Assembly (NCBI GenBank): GCA_951406725.2
Contig: OX597818.1
Location: forward strand, 109,616,001 to 109,680,000
Length of the DNA stretch: 64,000 nt
Direction of reading: 5' to 3'
Source: Octopus vulgaris
Taxonomy: Eukaryota
Positions 60,790 to 64,000 of the stretch are shown piece after piece (within the stretch, counting starts at the first letter, position 1; each line of letters begins with the position of its first letter). The translations under genes were made by a program, and so were the position numbers. A model generated the notes under the pieces. That model saw only the letters and a list, made by a program, of their open reading frames with translations, did no database searches and was not told the DNA's origin.

Positions 60790-61625
60790 CCAACAGGGAG
60801 TTGGATGAACACTAGAGGGAATTGAGCTTATCTGCCCCTGGGAAGGTGGAGGACTCTTGGAGTCAGAGAGCTTGTGACAACATAATTTCGGACTCCCTCT
60901 TCATCCAGTTGGACCAGTTTTCAAGGTGTTGCTTACTGTCTACTAGCGCCAAGTACTCAGATGACTGGATTGATGCCATCTCTGTGGCTAACATTGGTAG
61001 CCTACTCAGCTTGGACGAACTTCGTGTCCCCATTGCCCTCAGAATGGGAGCTGACGTATGCACGGGTTTGATCTGTCGTTGTGGCAGGCTCCTCGACTCC
61101 ACAGGTCTCCATGGCCTTTCTTGCCGCCTGAATGCTGGTTGCTTCATGCGTCATACAGAGTTGAACCTGATACTCAAGAGGAGCTTGACCTGGGCAAACA
61201 TCCCCTGCGTCTTGGAACCATCTGGATTGTCCAGATGTGATGGGAAGACACCTGTCGGTCTCACCCTGCGCCCCTGGTCGCAAGGCAGATGCTTTGTTTG
61301 GGATGTCACAGTTAGCGAGTCCTTTGCTTCTTCTCACATTCTGGATGCTGTGGTCAAGCCGAGATTCACAGCTTCTGCTGCCGAGCAGAACATAATCTTG
61401 AAATACCGCGATCTGTCGGCCAACGACATTTTCCATCCTGTGGCGTTCGAGACGTTTGGTGGGGGTCGGACACTTACTACGAGATTCCTGTCTTCCCTGG
61501 CAACTCGCCTTGCAGAGGTTACTGGAGAGGCTCGTGAGGGTGCTTGGCTGTTCCAGCGCATCAGCCTCGCCATCATCCGCGGCAATGCAGCAAGCGAGCT
61601 GGCATGTCTCATTAGTCATTGGAAA
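60790..61625 (+). mobile_element. CRE-clade non-LTR element C-terminus (zinc finger and REL endonuclease), decayed
   Basis: CRCG..LDSTGLHGLSC, RH..LN, LEPSGLSR.DGK.P.G (RPDG mutated), WDVTV, KY, PVAFETFG, LFQRISLAIIRGNA. Confidence 0.88.
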
Positions 61626-61904
61626 GCTTACCCGGCGCCCCCAACTTTTCAACTCAAGTTGGTGAGTTGTTTTATTTCTTTTGTTTTTTTTTTTGTTTTT
61701 TTCTCTTTCTTTCTCTCATTTTTTTTCTTTTTCCTTTTTAATTTTTTCAGTTGTTCTTTGTTTTGACCAGTTTTTAGTTTGATTTTGTAAAACGGTAGAC
61801 ACTGTGAAGGCAATAAAAATCTTAATTAAAAAAAGTTACAAAGACTATTTACAACGCCCTGACGTGTACATGTCAGAGCCAGCTGGTGTTGACACCTTTA
61901 AAAA

Positions 61905-62360
61905 CAAGGTATACTAGGGGAACACTCCAATAAAAACACCAATCCAGTGCAAACACAACGGACATGGAAACCACCTCCCCCCTGTGGGATGAAGTTAAAA
62001 TAATAGAGCGAGAACACCATTAGAAAATAAGAAAACTAAAAGAAGCAGCACATATGCTAGGACACAACATCCTTCTAAGCAGACTGAGTGCAGATATGAA
62101 CAGCAAATGGAACCAGTATTAAGGAAGGATAGGAGAATATTAGATTTATAAGCCCTAAAAAATTCACTGTATAATTGCCCCCCCCCCAGGCATGTGGCAT
62201 AGTGGTGAAGAGTTCGATTCCAGGCAGTGACCTTAATAATAACATCGAAAATTCCCCAAGACACCTGATGAAGGCTGAAAGGTATATCAGCCGAAACGTT
62301 GTGTTAACAACAAACAAGATGAGGAGAAATATCCATCAAATGTAAATAATAGACATAATA
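61905..62360 (+). mobile_element. Penelope-like element 3' end: GIY-YIG endonuclease C-terminus followed by a pLTR with tRNA-like head and hammerhead
   Basis: From 61982: LWDEVKIIEREHH*KIRKLKEAAHMLGHNILLSR.S.DMN..W. Then A/B-box remnant at 62189-62232 and hammerhead at 62260-62305. Confidence 0.8.
62260..62305 (+). ncRNA. minimal type-I hammerhead motif (GUU)
   Basis: GACAC-CUGAUGA-A-GGCUG..CAGCC-GAAAC-GUU-GUGUU. Confidence 0.7.
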
Positions 62361-62364
62361 CTGT

Positions 62365-62685
62365 GAGTGATAGGGAACAAAATTCATGCGCTGTTGCAGA
62401 GATCAGCTGCCCAGGGGATGAAAATGTATAATCAGAAGTTGAGAGAAAAGAAAATATTTGCGGTGAATTAAGGCGGAACTTAGAGCTCTTGAACCCTGAC
62501 TATAAAAATTCTTTTGCACCTATCATCGTAGGTGCATTAAGCTATGTATCTTTAGATTTACTTATCATCCTAGGAACTGGATTTTTCGAGGAAAGAACAA
62601 AAGAAATTGGTGCATATCCTCTCAATTCTGTCTGTTAGTGGCACAGTGAAGGTTTGTAAGACATTCCAAAGATTCTTCATTTGAT
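62365..62685 (+). mobile_element. R4/Dong-like REL C-terminal fragment
   Basis: ISCPGDENV, PIIVGALSYVS, SVSGTVKVCKTFQRF. Confidence 0.75.
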
Positions 62686-63898
62686 ATTATTTATATGATG
62701 AGGTTCGCATATTTGATTTTTGGGCATTAAAAATTCAGTCAACATCTCAACTCAACGACGTGATTAAGAACACCGGGAACTCCCTTAACTGAAAGAGTCA
62801 TGTCGCTTTGTTGGCGACCGGCTTCAACTCTCTTATGAGCCGTTCAAGAATTTGGACCTGGAGATCTCCATTTCCAGCGACTTCGAGAGCCACCTCCCAG
62901 TGGTGTCGGGCGTCAACGAAGAGCTCTCGACTACAACAAGACGACCAAAGTTTTTTTTTCCAAGGTCTAGGGTCTCCTGCCCGTAAGCCCTAGACCATCA
63001 CCTAATCACCCTTATCCGTCTTGTTGCTAAACAACAACAACAACTCTCTTATGAAGAACTTAAATAAATCTCAAAGAAAAAAACACACACATACATATAT
63101 GCAACTCATGGCCATAGACGACCATCACAGACGACAAAAAGTGAATGAATAAACACTGCTAGGATACACTGTCGCAGGGGGAGATTTCAAGGAGATCGTC
63201 TTTCTGTAGGATTATAAATACTTTCAGTGAACGCCTTGTTCATTTTGTTGAGAAAACACGAAGAAAAAAGCACCAAACGCTAGACAAAACTAGCTTCTGG
63301 GTGACCTGAAGTATATATCGAAAATACGAATGCGTTAAAGAAAACCGAAAATATGAACAGGAGCCTTGACCTGGTTACGAAATTCTCAAAGGACATAGGG
63401 GTAGAATTTGGTCAGAAAAAAAATTGTTCCTTCTCGATTTTTAAACAAGAAGAATCAACACGTGAAGGCAATAATCTCACAAATAATGGTCTGACTAAAA
63501 TGTGTATCACGGAATTGAACCCATCACCCAGAGGATGATGTCTAAATTCAAATGAAAGAACTTTGTTTCTTGGTTAGAAACCAGCATTTTCACACACGAA
63601 TTACTGACATTCTAATCGATAGTGTTTAAATCCCAATAAAAGAACCTTGTCTTTGTTGGGGATAGAAACCTGTTCTTCTGTATTGGTGAGAAGTTTGAAA
63701 CATAAAATACGTTAAATCTAAATACCTTCTATTATGATGTTATTTAGGTCAAATCATACAATGCTCTTTTGAAATATGAATATTAAAATGTTTTCCATTG
63801 TTTGGTTGGGTTAGTTTACTAATTTCATGCAAAGACCAAGGCCACACCGCAATAGTAAATAGCAATGGGTTTGGCGTCAATGGAAAATACCTGAGACG

Positions 63899-64000
63899 AA
63901 GGCGGCGAGCTGGCAGAAATGTTAGCACGCCGGGCAAAATGCTTTGTGGCATTTCGTCCGCCGCTGCGTTCTGTGTTCAAATTCCGCCGAGGCCGACTTT
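63899..64000 (+). mobile_element. SINE family A 5' part, truncated by the window end
   Basis: ggcggcgagctggcagaaatgttagcacgccgggc. Confidence 0.85.

Noticed and set aside
60822-61766. 314 aa ORF as a host gene
   Set aside because: CRE-type retrotransposon C-terminus with the catalytic RPDG altered and no RT domain; it reads through into a T-rich tract.

Overview
AT-rich, microsatellite- and repeat-dense eukaryotic DNA. The SINE families and microsatellite load suggest an octopus/cephalopod (inference). One spliced protein-coding gene can be read by hand on the + strand: 15 coding exons, 11773-40594, all GT-AG and phase-compatible, 781 aa. It encodes a signal peptide, two tandem beta-rich repeats resembling ependymin/LolA-fold domains, a further globular domain, a Ser/Thr mucin stalk, one TM helix and a tail ending NPYAQF. 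The rest is mostly decayed mobile elements: L1/Tx1, RTE, CR1, R4/Dong, CRE, HERO-like, mariner, hAT, Helitron and four SINE families. The standout signal is about a dozen minimal type-I hammerhead ribozyme motifs from several unrelated families, mostly inside inverted Penelope-like (PLE) terminal repeats. One family joins a tRNA-like Pol III promoter, an (AAT)n tract and a hammerhead, and at 61.9-62.4 kb it directly follows a PLE GIY-YIG ORF end. A near-perfect inverted repeat with ~710 bp arms and two hammerheads (45.4-47.2 kb) looks very recent. Most entries in the ORF track are microsatellite artefacts. All alignments and folds were done by eye.
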